A DNA stretch of 64,000 bases from an uncultured Clostridium sp. GTDB lineage: Bacteria > Bacillota > Clostridia > TANB77 > CAG-508. The stretch is taken from NCBI GenBank assembly GCA_947388675.1, contig CANDRW010000002.1:18227-82226 (forward strand), written 5' to 3'. A program made the position numbers and the translations under genes. The stretch's first letter is position 1; every line of letters begins with the position of its first letter. Of this stretch, positions 38,010 through 47,743 are shown in pieces. The notes beneath the pieces were generated by a model. It made no database searches. It was not told the DNA's origin and saw only the letters and a list, made by a program, of their open reading frames with translations.

Positions 38010-39866
38010 TTATCCAATAGCGTGGAATGGGCAAACTGCTATACAAGTTCCACACTTGATGCAAGTAGATTCATCTATCTTGTGTGTTTTTCCCGGTTCT
38101 CCTTCAATTGCATTTACTGGGCAGTTTCTCTTACACATTCCGCAGCCTTTACATTTTTCACTGTCTATTTGTATCTTTGCTAAAGCTTTACACTCTCCCG
38201 TTTTACATTCTTTGTATTTCACATGCTCTAAATATTCTTCTCTAAAATATTTCAAAGTAGAAAGTACTGGGTTTGGGGCAGATTGCCCTAAACCACAAAT
38301 TGCTGTTTTTGGAATATTCACTGCTAATTCTTCTAATTTGTTTAAGTCGTCAGGTTCAGCTTCTCCTGTTGTCATTTTTTCTAATAATTCTAACATTCTC
38401 TTTGTTCCAATTCTACAAGGTGTACACTTGCCACAAGACTCATCTACAGTAAAGCTTAAATAGAATTTTGCTAAGTTCACCATGCACTTGGTATCATCCA
38501 TAACAATTAGACCACCTGATCCCATCATAGAACCAATTTCTTTTAATGACTCATAATCAATTGGAGTATCTAAATGTTCTTTTGGAATACATCCTCCGGA
38601 AGGTCCACCTGTTTGTGCAGCCTTGAAATCTCTACCATTTGGAATTCCACCGCCAATGTCATACACAATTTCACGCAAAGTAGTTCCCATTGGTACTTCT
38701 ACTAATCCAACATTGACTACATTTCCACCTAAAGCAAATACTTTTGTTCCTTTAGAATATTCTGTACCAATACTGTTATACCAGTCTGCTCCATTTAAAA
38801 TAATTCTAGTCACATTTGCAAAAGTTTCTACATTATTAATTAAAGTTGGCTTGAACCATAACCCCTGATTTGCTGGATATGGTGGTTTTACTCTTGGTTG
38901 ACCTCTTTTTCCTTCAATTGATTCTAAGAGCGCTGTTTCTTCTCCACAGACAAATGCTCCAGCACCTAATCTAATATCCACATTAAATTCAAAATCTGTA
39001 CCAAAGATATTTTTTCCAAGTATTCCATATTCTTTGGCTTGGTTTATCGCTACCTGAAATCTTTCTACTGCAATTGGATATTCTGCTCTTACATAAATGT
39101 ATCCTTGGTTCGCTCCAATAGCATATCCTGCTATCATCATGGCTTCTAATACAGAGTGTGGATCACCTTCTAAGATACTTCTATCCATAAAAGCTCCTGG
39201 ATCACCTTCATCTGCATTACATACTACATATTTTTGTTTTCCATTTGCAGCTTTAGTAAGCGCCCACTTTTTTCCTGTTGGAAATCCTGCTCCTCCTCTA
39301 CCTCTTAAACCTGATTTTTCAATTGTATCAATGACTTCTTCTGGTGTCATTTCTAACAGTACTTTTTCTAGTGCTTTATATCCATCAAAAGCTATGTATT
39401 CATCAATTTGCTCTGGGTCAATTCTTCCACAGTTTTGAAGTGCAATTCTTTTTTGCTTTTTATAGAATGTAAGATCATCTAATTTTTGTGCTTTACTCCC
39501 ATCAATATCTTGACAAAGTAAACGTTCTACTGTTTTTCCTTCTACTATATGTGTCTCAATAATTTCTTTACAATCCTTTGGCGATACCCCTGCATAAAAA
39601 GTATTTTCTGGACGAATAATTACAATGGGACCTTTGGCACATAGACCAAAACATCCTGTTTGAATAACACGTACATTTTCTATTTTCTTCTCTTCTATAA
39701 TTTCGCGGAAGTTTTGGATAATTTGTGGAGATTTTGAAGAAGTGCAACCTGTTCCATGACATACTAAAATATGTTTTTCTTTTGTTCCAAAACTGCTATT
39801 TACACGAAGGTCTAACTCTTTTCTTTTTTCTTCTCTTATTTTTCTAATCTTTTCTAAGGTTTCCAT
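38010..39866 (-). CDS. hydB: NADH-binding flavoprotein subunit of bifurcating hydrogenase (HydB/HndC, NuoF-like)
   Basis: Has a thioredoxin-like 2Fe-2S N-terminal domain, the GRGGAGFPTG FMN/NADH site, SCGKCTPCR, and two C-terminal 4Fe-4S motifs. The start METLEK is preceded by GGGAGG. Confidence 0.9.
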   Translation of the reverse strand: METLEKIRKIREEKRKELDLRVNSSFGTKEKHILVCHGTGCTSSKSPQIIQNFREIIEEKKIENVRVIQTGCFGLCAKGPIVIIRPENTFYAGVSPKDCKEIIETHIVEGKTVERLLCQDIDGSKAQKLDDLTFYKKQKRIALQNCGRIDPEQIDEYIAFDGYKALEKVLLEMTPEEVIDTIEKSGLRGRGGAGFPTGKKWALTKAANGKQKYVVCNADEGDPGAFMDRSILEGDPHSVLEAMMIAGYAIGANQGYIYVRAEYPIAVERFQVAINQAKEYGILGKNIFGTDFEFNVDIRLGAGAFVCGEETALLESIEGKRGQPRVKPPYPANQGLWFKPTLINNVETFANVTRIILNGADWYNSIGTEYSKGTKVFALGGNVVNVGLVEVPMGTTLREIVYDIGGGIPNGRDFKAAQTGGPSGGCIPKEHLDTPIDYESLKEIGSMMGSGGLIVMDDTKCMVNLAKFYLSFTVDESCGKCTPCRIGTKRMLELLEKMTTGEAEPDDLNKLEELAVNIPKTAICGLGQSAPNPVLSTLKYFREEYLEHVKYKECKTGECKALAKIQIDSEKCKGCGMCKRNCPVNAIEGEPGKTHKIDESTCIKCGTCIAVCPFHAIG

Positions 39867-39882
39867 ATTACCTCCCAAGCCA

Positions 39883-39986
39883 GTGTCAGTTTAAGGACGT
39901 ACCTTTAACCAACACTTTGTTATTATTTGTACAATTATCTGGCTTTTTTCAAAGCGTCAGTTAAAGATACGTCCCTAAACCAACAC
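39883..39986. repeat. two copies of the ACGT-centred palindromic intergenic repeat (degenerate ACCAACAC variant), intercistronic hydC-hydB
   Basis: The copies are GTGTCAGTTTAAGGACGTACCTTTAACCAACAC (39883-39915) and GCGTCAGTTAAAGATACGTCCCTAAACCAACAC (39954-39986). The second abuts the hydC stop codon. Confidence 0.7.
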
Positions 39987-40483
39987 TATTTCATCAATTT
40001 ATCAAGTACCTCATCTAACTTTTTCACTGTCGCCCTACCATATACTTCTCCATTTATTGTAAATACTGGCGCTATTCCACAGGCTCCTACACATCTAGTA
40101 CTATCAATAGAAAATTTACCATCTGGAGTTGTTTCTCCCTCTTCTATTTTTAATCTCTGTTTCAAACGTTCCATTAGTTTTTCAGAACCTTTTACAAAGC
40201 ATGCTGTTCCTAAGCATACTGATATTGCATATTTTCCTTTTGGTTTTAGGGTAAATCGAGAATAAAAAGTAATGACTCCATAGATTTCAGCCATTGGAAT
40301 ATTTAGATATTCAGAAATTTCTTTTTGTGCAGTTTGTGGAATATATCCATACTTCATTTGCACTTCATTTAAAATAGGAATTAAATTGTCTTTTACTTGT
40401 GTGTATGGTTGCATAATGTCCTGCAATTCTTGTTTTAATTTTTCTTCCATACAATTACAATTTTTTTCTTCGTTTTCGTTCAT
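39986..40483 (-). CDS. hydC: NuoE-like 2Fe-2S subunit of bifurcating hydrogenase (HydC/HndA)
   Basis: Has the thioredoxin-like ferredoxin Cys pattern CLGTAC...C..AC. Confidence 0.85.
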   Translation of the reverse strand: MNENEEKNCNCMEEKLKQELQDIMQPYTQVKDNLIPILNEVQMKYGYIPQTAQKEISEYLNIPMAEIYGVITFYSRFTLKPKGKYAISVCLGTACFVKGSEKLMERLKQRLKIEEGETTPDGKFSIDSTRCVGACGIAPVFTINGEVYGRATVKKLDEVLDKLMK

Positions 40484-40642
40484 ATTCTTCCTCCCAATAT
40501 TTAATATATTGTATTGGTTTTAACTTAGGTTTATTATATCAAACGGATTGTTTTTACACAACAAAAATCGGCAGATTATTTTATTATTTTCGCATAAATA
40601 AAAAGAAATAGCATTCATCGTAAATGCTATCTCGTACTTATT

Positions 40643-41770
40643 TTATTTAAAACTAATCTTACTATTGATTGGGCAAATTTGAATAAATGTCTTTCCATCA
40701 TTTACTTCTATTTCATTGCCCTTTAAGTCCTTATATTTTGTCTTCCCTGTTCTTGATGTTTTTTCACATTTAATTGGAATATATTTGCCATTTGTAATAT
40801 AGTATCCATCTAAAGTTTTAACATTATTAATTGTTTGTCTACCATAACTGTCAATCGTAGAATTCTCACATTTGGTAATAATAATATTCTTCACTTGTAT
40901 TGCTTTATTCGTATTCCAATCTTTTTGAACAGTATCTCTAGAATATCTAGTATAAGTTTTGGTATCTTTGTTATAGGTATATTTTACTGTGTTATAAGCA
41001 GAATATGGAATTGTTATGCTATTTGCTAGATTCGTTACTTTTTCTACTGGCTCACTTGTTGTGTTGGTATCATTGGTTTTAACTACTTCTTTTTTATCTT
41101 CTAATTCAACTTCCTCTGCTACATAATTCAATACATTTCCTTTTGTTGTAGTTCTTCTAAAGCCTTTACTTTTCAAAACTTTCTCTAAGTTAGTTGTAGA
41201 AATAACAGCATTATGTGGTGCATAACGAGTTGTGTCTCTCCAAAAATTGTTTCCATTGTCATACACACCTTCTATATGGTCTATCCCAAACTTGGTAAAA
41301 TCCGAACCTGCTTGCGGACTATGTCCATAATGGATATAGATAGCATCATTCTCCATTGCATAGTCTATGAAATAGTGCCTAGAACTTCTAATAGGTCCAA
41401 TCTTTTTTAAGTTTTGATTTTTCATAACCATCATTAATCTAGTTTCGCCACCTTCTACAATAATTTCATAGATTAGGTCTGCTTGTTCTAAGCCTGCCTG
41501 TGGCATTGCATTAATATTATTATCAATCATAAAAGCAATAGGTCTATCATTTCCTGCAAATGTTTTTGGCTCTTTCTTTTCTTCTTGCTTTGGCTCTTGT
41601 ATTTCATTTTTGTTAGTATTTATTGCACCTATTTGTTCTTCGTTTTCTTTATTCTGCATGGTTTTCATTGCTAATAAAGCACCTGCTATGATAATGAGAA
41701 GTATTAAAATGATAACTAAGATTTTTGTTCCACTTTTCTTTTTCTTTTGCATTCTTCTAGCATCTCCCAT
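40643..41770 (-). CDS. DUF3048 (YerB-like) membrane-anchored protein
   Basis: Has an N-terminal TM segment, then RPIAFMIDNNINAMPQAGLEQADLIYEIIVEGGETRLMMV, typical of DUF3048. Confidence 0.75.
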   Translation of the reverse strand: MGDARRMQKKKKSGTKILVIILILLIIIAGALLAMKTMQNKENEEQIGAINTNKNEIQEPKQEEKKEPKTFAGNDRPIAFMIDNNINAMPQAGLEQADLIYEIIVEGGETRLMMVMKNQNLKKIGPIRSSRHYFIDYAMENDAIYIHYGHSPQAGSDFTKFGIDHIEGVYDNGNNFWRDTTRYAPHNAVISTTNLEKVLKSKGFRRTTTKGNVLNYVAEEVELEDKKEVVKTNDTNTTSEPVEKVTNLANSITIPYSAYNTVKYTYNKDTKTYTRYSRDTVQKDWNTNKAIQVKNIIITKCENSTIDSYGRQTINNVKTLDGYYITNGKYIPIKCEKTSRTGKTKYKDLKGNEIEVNDGKTFIQICPINSKISFK

Positions 41771-41805
41771 TTCTTTTCCTCCTATATTTATCTAGTATCA
41801 CCAAA

Positions 41806-41898
41806 GGTGTGTCCCCAAAAGTGACACTTTTGTCAGTTAAGGGACGTAGGTTAAACTGACACTTTTGTCAGTTTTAAAGAACGTCCCCAAAACTGACA
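41806..41898. repeat. three tandem units of the ACGT-centred palindromic repeat
   Basis: The units are GGTGTGTCCCCAAAAGTGACAC, TGTCAGTTAAGGGACGTAGGTTAAACTGACAC and TGTCAGTTTTAAAGAACGTCCCCAAAACTGACA, separated by TTT. Confidence 0.8.
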
Positions 41899-41903
41899 TA
41901 ATA

Positions 41904-42680
41904 TTATAGCAACTGAATCACTGTATAAGCAAGTCCATATAAGATTAATGTCATAGCTGTTCCAAAACATCCACTAAAAATGATTTCTGATAATTTATGT
42001 TCTTTTGCTACCACTCTGCTTTCTGCTATTAATATTGCCATGACTAATGCTAGCATTAAAATGACAATATTGTCTGTTATAAGCCATATAATAGTAGTTG
42101 CTGCAAATGCAATTGTGGTATGTCCACTTGGTACAAATTTTGCATTTAAACCTTTATGTTTATTTGTTTTTGCATAGGCAATTAATGCTAATACTGCAAT
42201 AATGACTACAATCATAACTGAAAATGCTAAGTGCACAGGCGAATTCGTAACATTGGAGATAAAGTTTAAACCTATGTCTGATATTTTGTCAAAGAATAAG
42301 AAATAGGCAACAATAACAGCATTAATCGTTGTAATAACTACTCCTCCTGCTGCTACATCTTTTGCTATTTTCGCTTTTGGATGGTAGACATCTACATATA
42401 AGTCGACAACGGTTTCAATTGCTGTGTTTACCATTTCTACAAAGAGTATTAAGACTATGGTAAATAAAAAGCATAGAAATTCTGCTTTACTAAGATTGAA
42501 AAACAAACTTATGATAACTACAACAACTGCAATAATTAATTGTTTCTTGATATTACCTTGTGTGGTAGTTGCATAAATAATTCCATTAAAAGCATTTTTC
42601 CATGCATCTGCAAAATTCTTATTCTTAATTTTCTCTTCTTTTGTAGGATTTTCTTGCTGATTTTCCTCTTCTTTTTTCAT
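41904..42680 (-). CDS. dgkA: fusion protein: diacylglycerol/undecaprenol kinase (DgkA) domain plus PAP2-like phosphatase domain
   Basis: The N-terminal half has DgkA motifs (EMVNTAIETVVD, AKDVAAGGV). The C-terminal half has PSGHT and SRVVAKEH, which are PAP2 signatures. Confidence 0.75.
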   Translation of the reverse strand: MKKEEENQQENPTKEEKIKNKNFADAWKNAFNGIIYATTTQGNIKKQLIIAVVVVIISLFFNLSKAEFLCFLFTIVLILFVEMVNTAIETVVDLYVDVYHPKAKIAKDVAAGGVVITTINAVIVAYFLFFDKISDIGLNFISNVTNSPVHLAFSVMIVVIIAVLALIAYAKTNKHKGLNAKFVPSGHTTIAFAATTIIWLITDNIVILMLALVMAILIAESRVVAKEHKLSEIIFSGCFGTAMTLILYGLAYTVIQLL

Positions 42681-42695
42681 TGCTCTTTCCTTTCT

Positions 42696-43205
42696 TTACC
42701 TTGTAATGTCTAGCTGTGCCAAGACATTTTCTTCTTTTTCTCTCATCACCTTTTTTTCTTCTTCTTCCATATGGTCATAACCTCTTAAGTGATAAAAGCC
42801 ATGTACTAACATATACGCTAATTCTCTTTCAAAGGAATGTCCATATTCTTTGGCTTGTTCTTCTACTCTTGCGATAGAAATGATAATGTCTCCTAAAATT
42901 TCTTGCAAGGCTTCATTTTCTGTATTTTGTTTCCATTCTTCTATGGTGTGGCTTTCTACCATTTTGTCTAGTTCTTCTTTTTCAAACATTGGGAAGGATA
43001 AGACATCAGTTTCTTTATCTATGTTACGATACTGCTTGTTAGCTTGTCTAATATTTTCTGGTGTTGTTAAAGTAATACATATATAGAAAGAGGTAGGGTT
43101 TATGTTCTCTACCTCAAAGCATTTTTGTATTACTTTCTCTGCTAATTCTTGATATTCGTTATTTTCTGGAATATCCTGAAATATGATTTCTGTACAATTA
43201 GTCAT
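42696..43205 (-). CDS. ybeY: rRNA maturation endoribonuclease YbeY
   Basis: Contains the HGFYHLRGYDH zinc motif. Confidence 0.95.
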   Translation of the reverse strand: MTNCTEIIFQDIPENNEYQELAEKVIQKCFEVENINPTSFYICITLTTPENIRQANKQYRNIDKETDVLSFPMFEKEELDKMVESHTIEEWKQNTENEALQEILGDIIISIARVEEQAKEYGHSFERELAYMLVHGFYHLRGYDHMEEEEKKVMREKEENVLAQLDITR

Positions 43206-43229
43206 TTCTTATCCCTCTTTTATATCCTT

Positions 43230-43484
43230 TTAGCAATAAAATTTGATATTACCCGCATGAATCGCTTTCCATTTTTCAATAATCTGAAAATAATGCAAAG
43301 AAATATCTTCACAAATAATATTTAATTCTTTCTCAGGAATTTTACTTTTATTATGGCAAAGAATACAACCACCTGATTGAGTTATCCAAACTTTAGTGCT
43401 ATTAGCAGTTGGATTTCCTTTTGAAATATGAACATGAATTGGTTCATCATTTTCATTTGTCCAAAAATAAATCTTATATCCGTT
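43230..43484 (-). pseudogene. DUF4160-like ORF lacking a start codon (in-frame TAA where the N-terminus should continue)
   Basis: Own translation: NGYKIYFWTNENDEPIHVHISKGNPTANSTKVWITQSGGCILCHNKSKIPEKELNIICEDISLHYFQIIEKWKAIHAGNIKFYC. The open frame is bounded upstream by TAA at 43487-43485 and contains no ATG, GTG or TTG. Confidence 0.4.
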
Positions 43485-43498
43485 TTAATTCAAAAATA

Positions 43499-43786
43499 CT
43501 AGGCAATTTCTAATCCTCCTAGACGTGCATATTTAAAAAAGAAAGATGCTCCATTTTTAACAATTTCTAAAAACGTTTTCTTTTCCTCTTCTGAATAATT
43601 TCCATCTTCCAAAACAACATTATAACTTGGTAGCTCAATCACATAGGTATCAAATCCATACTCCATTGGTCTTTCAAAAGTGACACGAATATATTCTTCA
43701 CCTGTTTCTTTTTTTCCAATATTGGAAAATACCCCTAATGTACCATCAGGATATTTAGCAAATTCATAAGTCATTTCTATTATCAC
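43499..43786 (-). CDS. hypothetical protein (95 aa)
   Basis: ORF only. No recognisable motif. Confidence 0.5.
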   Translation of the reverse strand: MIIEMTYEFAKYPDGTLGVFSNIGKKETGEEYIRVTFERPMEYGFDTYVIELPSYNVVLEDGNYSEEEKKTFLEIVKNGASFFFKYARLGGLEIA

Positions 43787-43806
43787 TCTCCTACTTTTTC
43801 ATATTA

Positions 43807-44373
43807 TTATATATTATTTGTATTGCTTATACTCTGTGTGTTCTCGCTACTACTTGGTCTTTCTATAATGCCTACTCCCATTATCCTACCATTCTCGTCA
43901 TAAGATGCACTAATATCATATTTTAGCATTCCATTTATCTTAGTGCGCATAAGTGAAAGAATTTCATCATCGTCACATGTAGCATCACTATTTTTCCATT
44001 TTTCCCTTGTATCTAGTCCTGTGATGTCTCCAAACCTTATATATACTGCCCAGCTTTCGTTTATCGCCCAATTTGACATTCTTATTTTGTCACATAATTC
44101 TCTTGTTTTTGCTCCCAATCTATCATTTCCTATATAAGGTGCAAATCGAGAATTTAGTTGTTCAATTTCTTGCCTCCACCTTTCCTCCATCCATTCGCTT
44201 GCAGAATTAGATAACTCAAACTCCTCTCTAATCATTACTCCTAAAGGTATAACGGACAATATTAAAATTAATATCAATATAATTAAAAATATTTTTCTTC
44301 TCTTATTAATTCTTTTTAACTTTTCCACCTCATTTATTTTATCTTCCATCATTTCACTTCTGTTCCCCCCCAC
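43807..44373 (-). CDS. hypothetical membrane-anchored protein
   Basis: Has a single N-terminal TM segment (IFLIILILILILSVIPLGVMI). The true start is probably an internal Met. Confidence 0.55.
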   Translation of the reverse strand: MGGNRSEMMEDKINEVEKLKRINKRRKIFLIILILILILSVIPLGVMIREEFELSNSASEWMEERWRQEIEQLNSRFAPYIGNDRLGAKTRELCDKIRMSNWAINESWAVYIRFGDITGLDTREKWKNSDATCDDDEILSLMRTKINGMLKYDISASYDENGRIMGVGIIERPSSSENTQSISNTNNI

Positions 44374-45080
44374 TCTACAACTGTATATCCTTTTCGTTCT
44401 ACCTGTTCTAATTTTTGTTCTGGTATTTCTTGTACTTGATTACTTGGCTTAAATGCCATCATAACACGAATTAATGTATCTGGTTTTGGTGAGATAGTAA
44501 GTCCCATATTATTTTCTATTTCCTCTTGAGTTTCAAAATGAATTAGATTATATTGGTTATGTTCCATTCTAGGTAGCCAATAAATAATAAATTCTTGTGC
44601 TTCTCTTTCGCTTAATCCTAAAATAGCTAATTTTTCTTCTAGGAAACTGGCAGTTTCTTTTCCTTTAATGCAAAATCCTTCTTCAAAGTTTGCTTGCTCT
44701 TTTCTTTTTCCTTCCCAGTAAAGAGAATATAGCTTTCTTCCAGTTTTGATATCTGTTAAATCTCCATTTGGCTTTGCTATAACCTTCCAACCATTTTCAT
44801 ATTTCGGATATGTGGTTGTCAAATTTTCAGGATTGCTAACATTAACTGTTACTTTTGTTTCTTGTTCTGGATATATGTAAATAATTGGCTTAAGTGCTAC
44901 TGGTTCATGTAATACCATAACTCCTAGAATTATATATGCCAACCAAATTATTACCGTTATTGTCCCTATAATTATGAGTATCTGTGTTAACTTTTCATTT
45001 TTCTTTTTATATCTATTGATTTCTTGTTCTATTTCTTCTATTGACATATTATTCTTTATTTTATCGTTTTCTTCTTCCAC
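44349..45080 (-). CDS. hypothetical membrane-anchored protein
   Basis: Has a single N-terminal TM segment (ILIIIGTITVIIWLAYIILGVMVL), then a soluble domain. Confidence 0.6.
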   Translation of the reverse strand: MEEENDKIKNNMSIEEIEQEINRYKKKNEKLTQILIIIGTITVIIWLAYIILGVMVLHEPVALKPIIYIYPEQETKVTVNVSNPENLTTTYPKYENGWKVIAKPNGDLTDIKTGRKLYSLYWEGKRKEQANFEEGFCIKGKETASFLEEKLAILGLSEREAQEFIIYWLPRMEHNQYNLIHFETQEEIENNMGLTISPKPDTLIRVMMAFKPSNQVQEIPEQKLEQVERKGYTVVEWGGTEVK

Positions 45081-45258
45081 TATTGTTCCTCTTTCTACTT
45101 AATAGCAAAATATTAGCCTACCTTCTTACAACTATGTTTTCCTTGATTTGCCGCTTTTTTCTATATTGTAGGAATTTTCATTGCTCATGCAATGAAAAGC
45201 TCCTTACAAGATAGTTATGCAAATTTTACAAATACTATGTATAACTTATCTGTACGCA

Positions 45259-46506
45259 TTAAAATGCTACAGATAAGAAATCTTTAAGGCTTTGCCTTTT
45301 AGAATTTGTTAATTGGCGCTTGTAGTTTCTATTAGAAATACAATGATTTTTTACATTTTTCATAGCACCTAATGCTACTAGTTTTGCTTGATAGAATTGG
45401 ATAATCTTATAGTATTTATTTTCATTGCTACGTAGTTTCTTTAAATCATTACGTAAGAATAGTACTTGTTTTTCTTGAAGATAATCCATGTAATTGACAT
45501 CTTTCTTCTTGTTGACTTCTTGATATTGCTTCCAAAACGCCTTATATTCTTCTCTTAGTGCTGGCTTATCCCAATAAATTTTAGTGGCAAGTAATTTTAC
45601 GTTATATTCTTCTATTAATGTAATTAATAAAGTGTAGGCTTTTTCTTGCTTACGAGCTACTTTTGTATCTACAATAAGGCTTCTGACATCATTTAATAAT
45701 TTTTCATAACATTGTTCTGCAACAATTAATGGTAAACTATGAGTAAATAATTTTCTACTTAGTCCTAATAATATCATGTTTTTCTCAATAGTATCATTTT
45801 GGTCTAATTTACCAACTGTGAACTTTTCAAAACTTTGATATTCATCTACTATCTCTTTATATACTTTATTTTCAGGTTCTTGTTCCATTTTTAGTGGTAA
45901 AATATTTTCGATGTATTCTTCTAAAGTAAAGAAGATTTTATTAAACACTTCATCTTTTGCACCTGGTGTTAAGTTGTCTGCAAGCTTGATAGAGTAATGT
46001 TTTAATAATCCTTTATATAGGCTTTCCATTTGGCTACTGTATAAAAATTTATATCTTTCTGATAATGCTGGTTTATTTAAATTATCTACTGTTTCATAAT
46101 CTAAGTTTAATAAATACATTTGCTTTTTGTATTTATACTCTAAATACTCTGTTTCTTTTAAATGTACAATTGCATAATATTGTGATAAAGCATTTTTTTC
46201 AAAATCAGATGCTGTATCATTTTTTACTTTTTTGTAAATAGAGTCCATGATGTATTTATCAATAGATTCTAAGTATAGTGCATATATGTCTTCATATTTT
46301 TTGGTAATTGCTTCTAATTTTGTTTGGTCTTCTATATCTTCATTCTCTTTATATAGTTCAAAATTCTTTAAAGCATTATTTCTTTTTATAGAAATTAATA
46401 CTCCATTAATTCCAACTTTGGTTGGAGTTAATAATTTTGTTAATGTATTGCTAATTTTAGAGAAAAAGGTTTTCTCTTGGTATACTCTCAAGCTTCTTTC
46501 TTCCAT
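45259..46506 (-). CDS. hypothetical all-helical protein (415 aa)
   Basis: Long ORF rich in K/E/Y. No recognisable motif. Confidence 0.6.
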   Translation of the reverse strand: MEERSLRVYQEKTFFSKISNTLTKLLTPTKVGINGVLISIKRNNALKNFELYKENEDIEDQTKLEAITKKYEDIYALYLESIDKYIMDSIYKKVKNDTASDFEKNALSQYYAIVHLKETEYLEYKYKKQMYLLNLDYETVDNLNKPALSERYKFLYSSQMESLYKGLLKHYSIKLADNLTPGAKDEVFNKIFFTLEEYIENILPLKMEQEPENKVYKEIVDEYQSFEKFTVGKLDQNDTIEKNMILLGLSRKLFTHSLPLIVAEQCYEKLLNDVRSLIVDTKVARKQEKAYTLLITLIEEYNVKLLATKIYWDKPALREEYKAFWKQYQEVNKKKDVNYMDYLQEKQVLFLRNDLKKLRSNENKYYKIIQFYQAKLVALGAMKNVKNHCISNRNYKRQLTNSKRQSLKDFLSVAF

Positions 46507-46520
46507 AGAATTTCTCCTTT

Positions 46521-47706
46521 TTAAAACACAATTTTTTCTTTTGTCGCAATGTTTTCAAGTACCTCGTAGATTACCTCCACTTCCACATATTCTTCTGTAT
46601 GCTCCTCTGTTACCTTCTTATCTAATATGGCTTCTTTATTTTCTATTTGCTCTTCTAACCTTTTACTCAGTTCCTCTTCTCCCATTTTCTTAGCTTCTTC
46701 TAAAGAATAAGAAACTGGCTGTTTTTGGTACTCTTGATATACTTTTTCATGTACTTCAATTGGCAAATAGAAATCGGAAAATAATCTTAATTTTTTAGTC
46801 GTCTCTATTGTATCATAATTTTCAAATTTGGGAAGCTTTTTTGCAAAATTTATTTCAAAATTATTTATCTTTACGGAATATTTCTTTTCCTCATTTCCTG
46901 TGAGTTCTTTTTTCTCTTGATTAAATGGTATTTGTATTTTCTCTGAATACCAAACCTTTGCCTGAACCTCGCCATTTGCATGGACATAACGAGTTCCTGT
47001 ATATTTCCCTTCTAACCAACCACCAACTAAGACACTTCCTTTTTTTACAATCTCCCCTTCTTTTACTAGGGGGGTACCATTTTGCGCTGACACTTTAGTA
47101 ATCATTCCTTCTTTTGTAGCTACTAAATTACAATATTCATCTTCTGGAATGATATCTGGTTTTAAATCTGATTCTACAATTTGCACTTTTGCATTTGTTC
47201 CATTAATTTCAATTCCTAACCATGCAATATCGGCTCTTTGCAAGCGTATTTGGTCAATGACTTGTTTAGTATTTAATTTTGCTTTGCTTATTCCGCACTT
47301 TGAAGTCATTTTCTTCTAGCAATTGTCTAATTTCTTCTGGATTTATCTTATCTGTTCCTGTAATCTCAATATTCCAAATAAAGTTAGATAAGATAAATGT
47401 TCCTATTATAACTAATATAAAGAAAAGCAAAAATATCTTTCTTTTTTGATAGCGATGAAAGAAAAATGGCATTCCTTTTTTGCTATTTATCTTGATTTTG
47501 CATTTTGTTTTCTTCGCAATTGATTTTATCTTTTTAAAGTCTTGAATAGATATATTTACCTTCATAACAGCTGTTTTGGGTCTTTTGGTATTCCATAGAA
47601 AAATTTTCTGATTATTACAGATATTCATAAACCTTTCTATATAATATCCTTCTATTTCTATTGTGACATAACCTAAGATGTATGCCATTAGTATTTTAAA
47701 ATACAT
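46521..47706 (-). CDS. yqfD: sporulation protein YqfD; two ORFs joined only by a +1 shift at the in-frame CGG (47295-47293)
   Basis: The N-terminal part is MYFKILMAYILGYVTIEIEGYYIERF...TM segment...LLEENDFKV|GISKAKLNTKQVIDQIRL.... It lies downstream of yqfC. The start was set at the ATG at 47706, preceded by GGGAGA. Confidence 0.8.
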
Positions 47707-47743
47707 TTGTGCTCTCCCTTTCATTTTCATAATGTAAAATATT

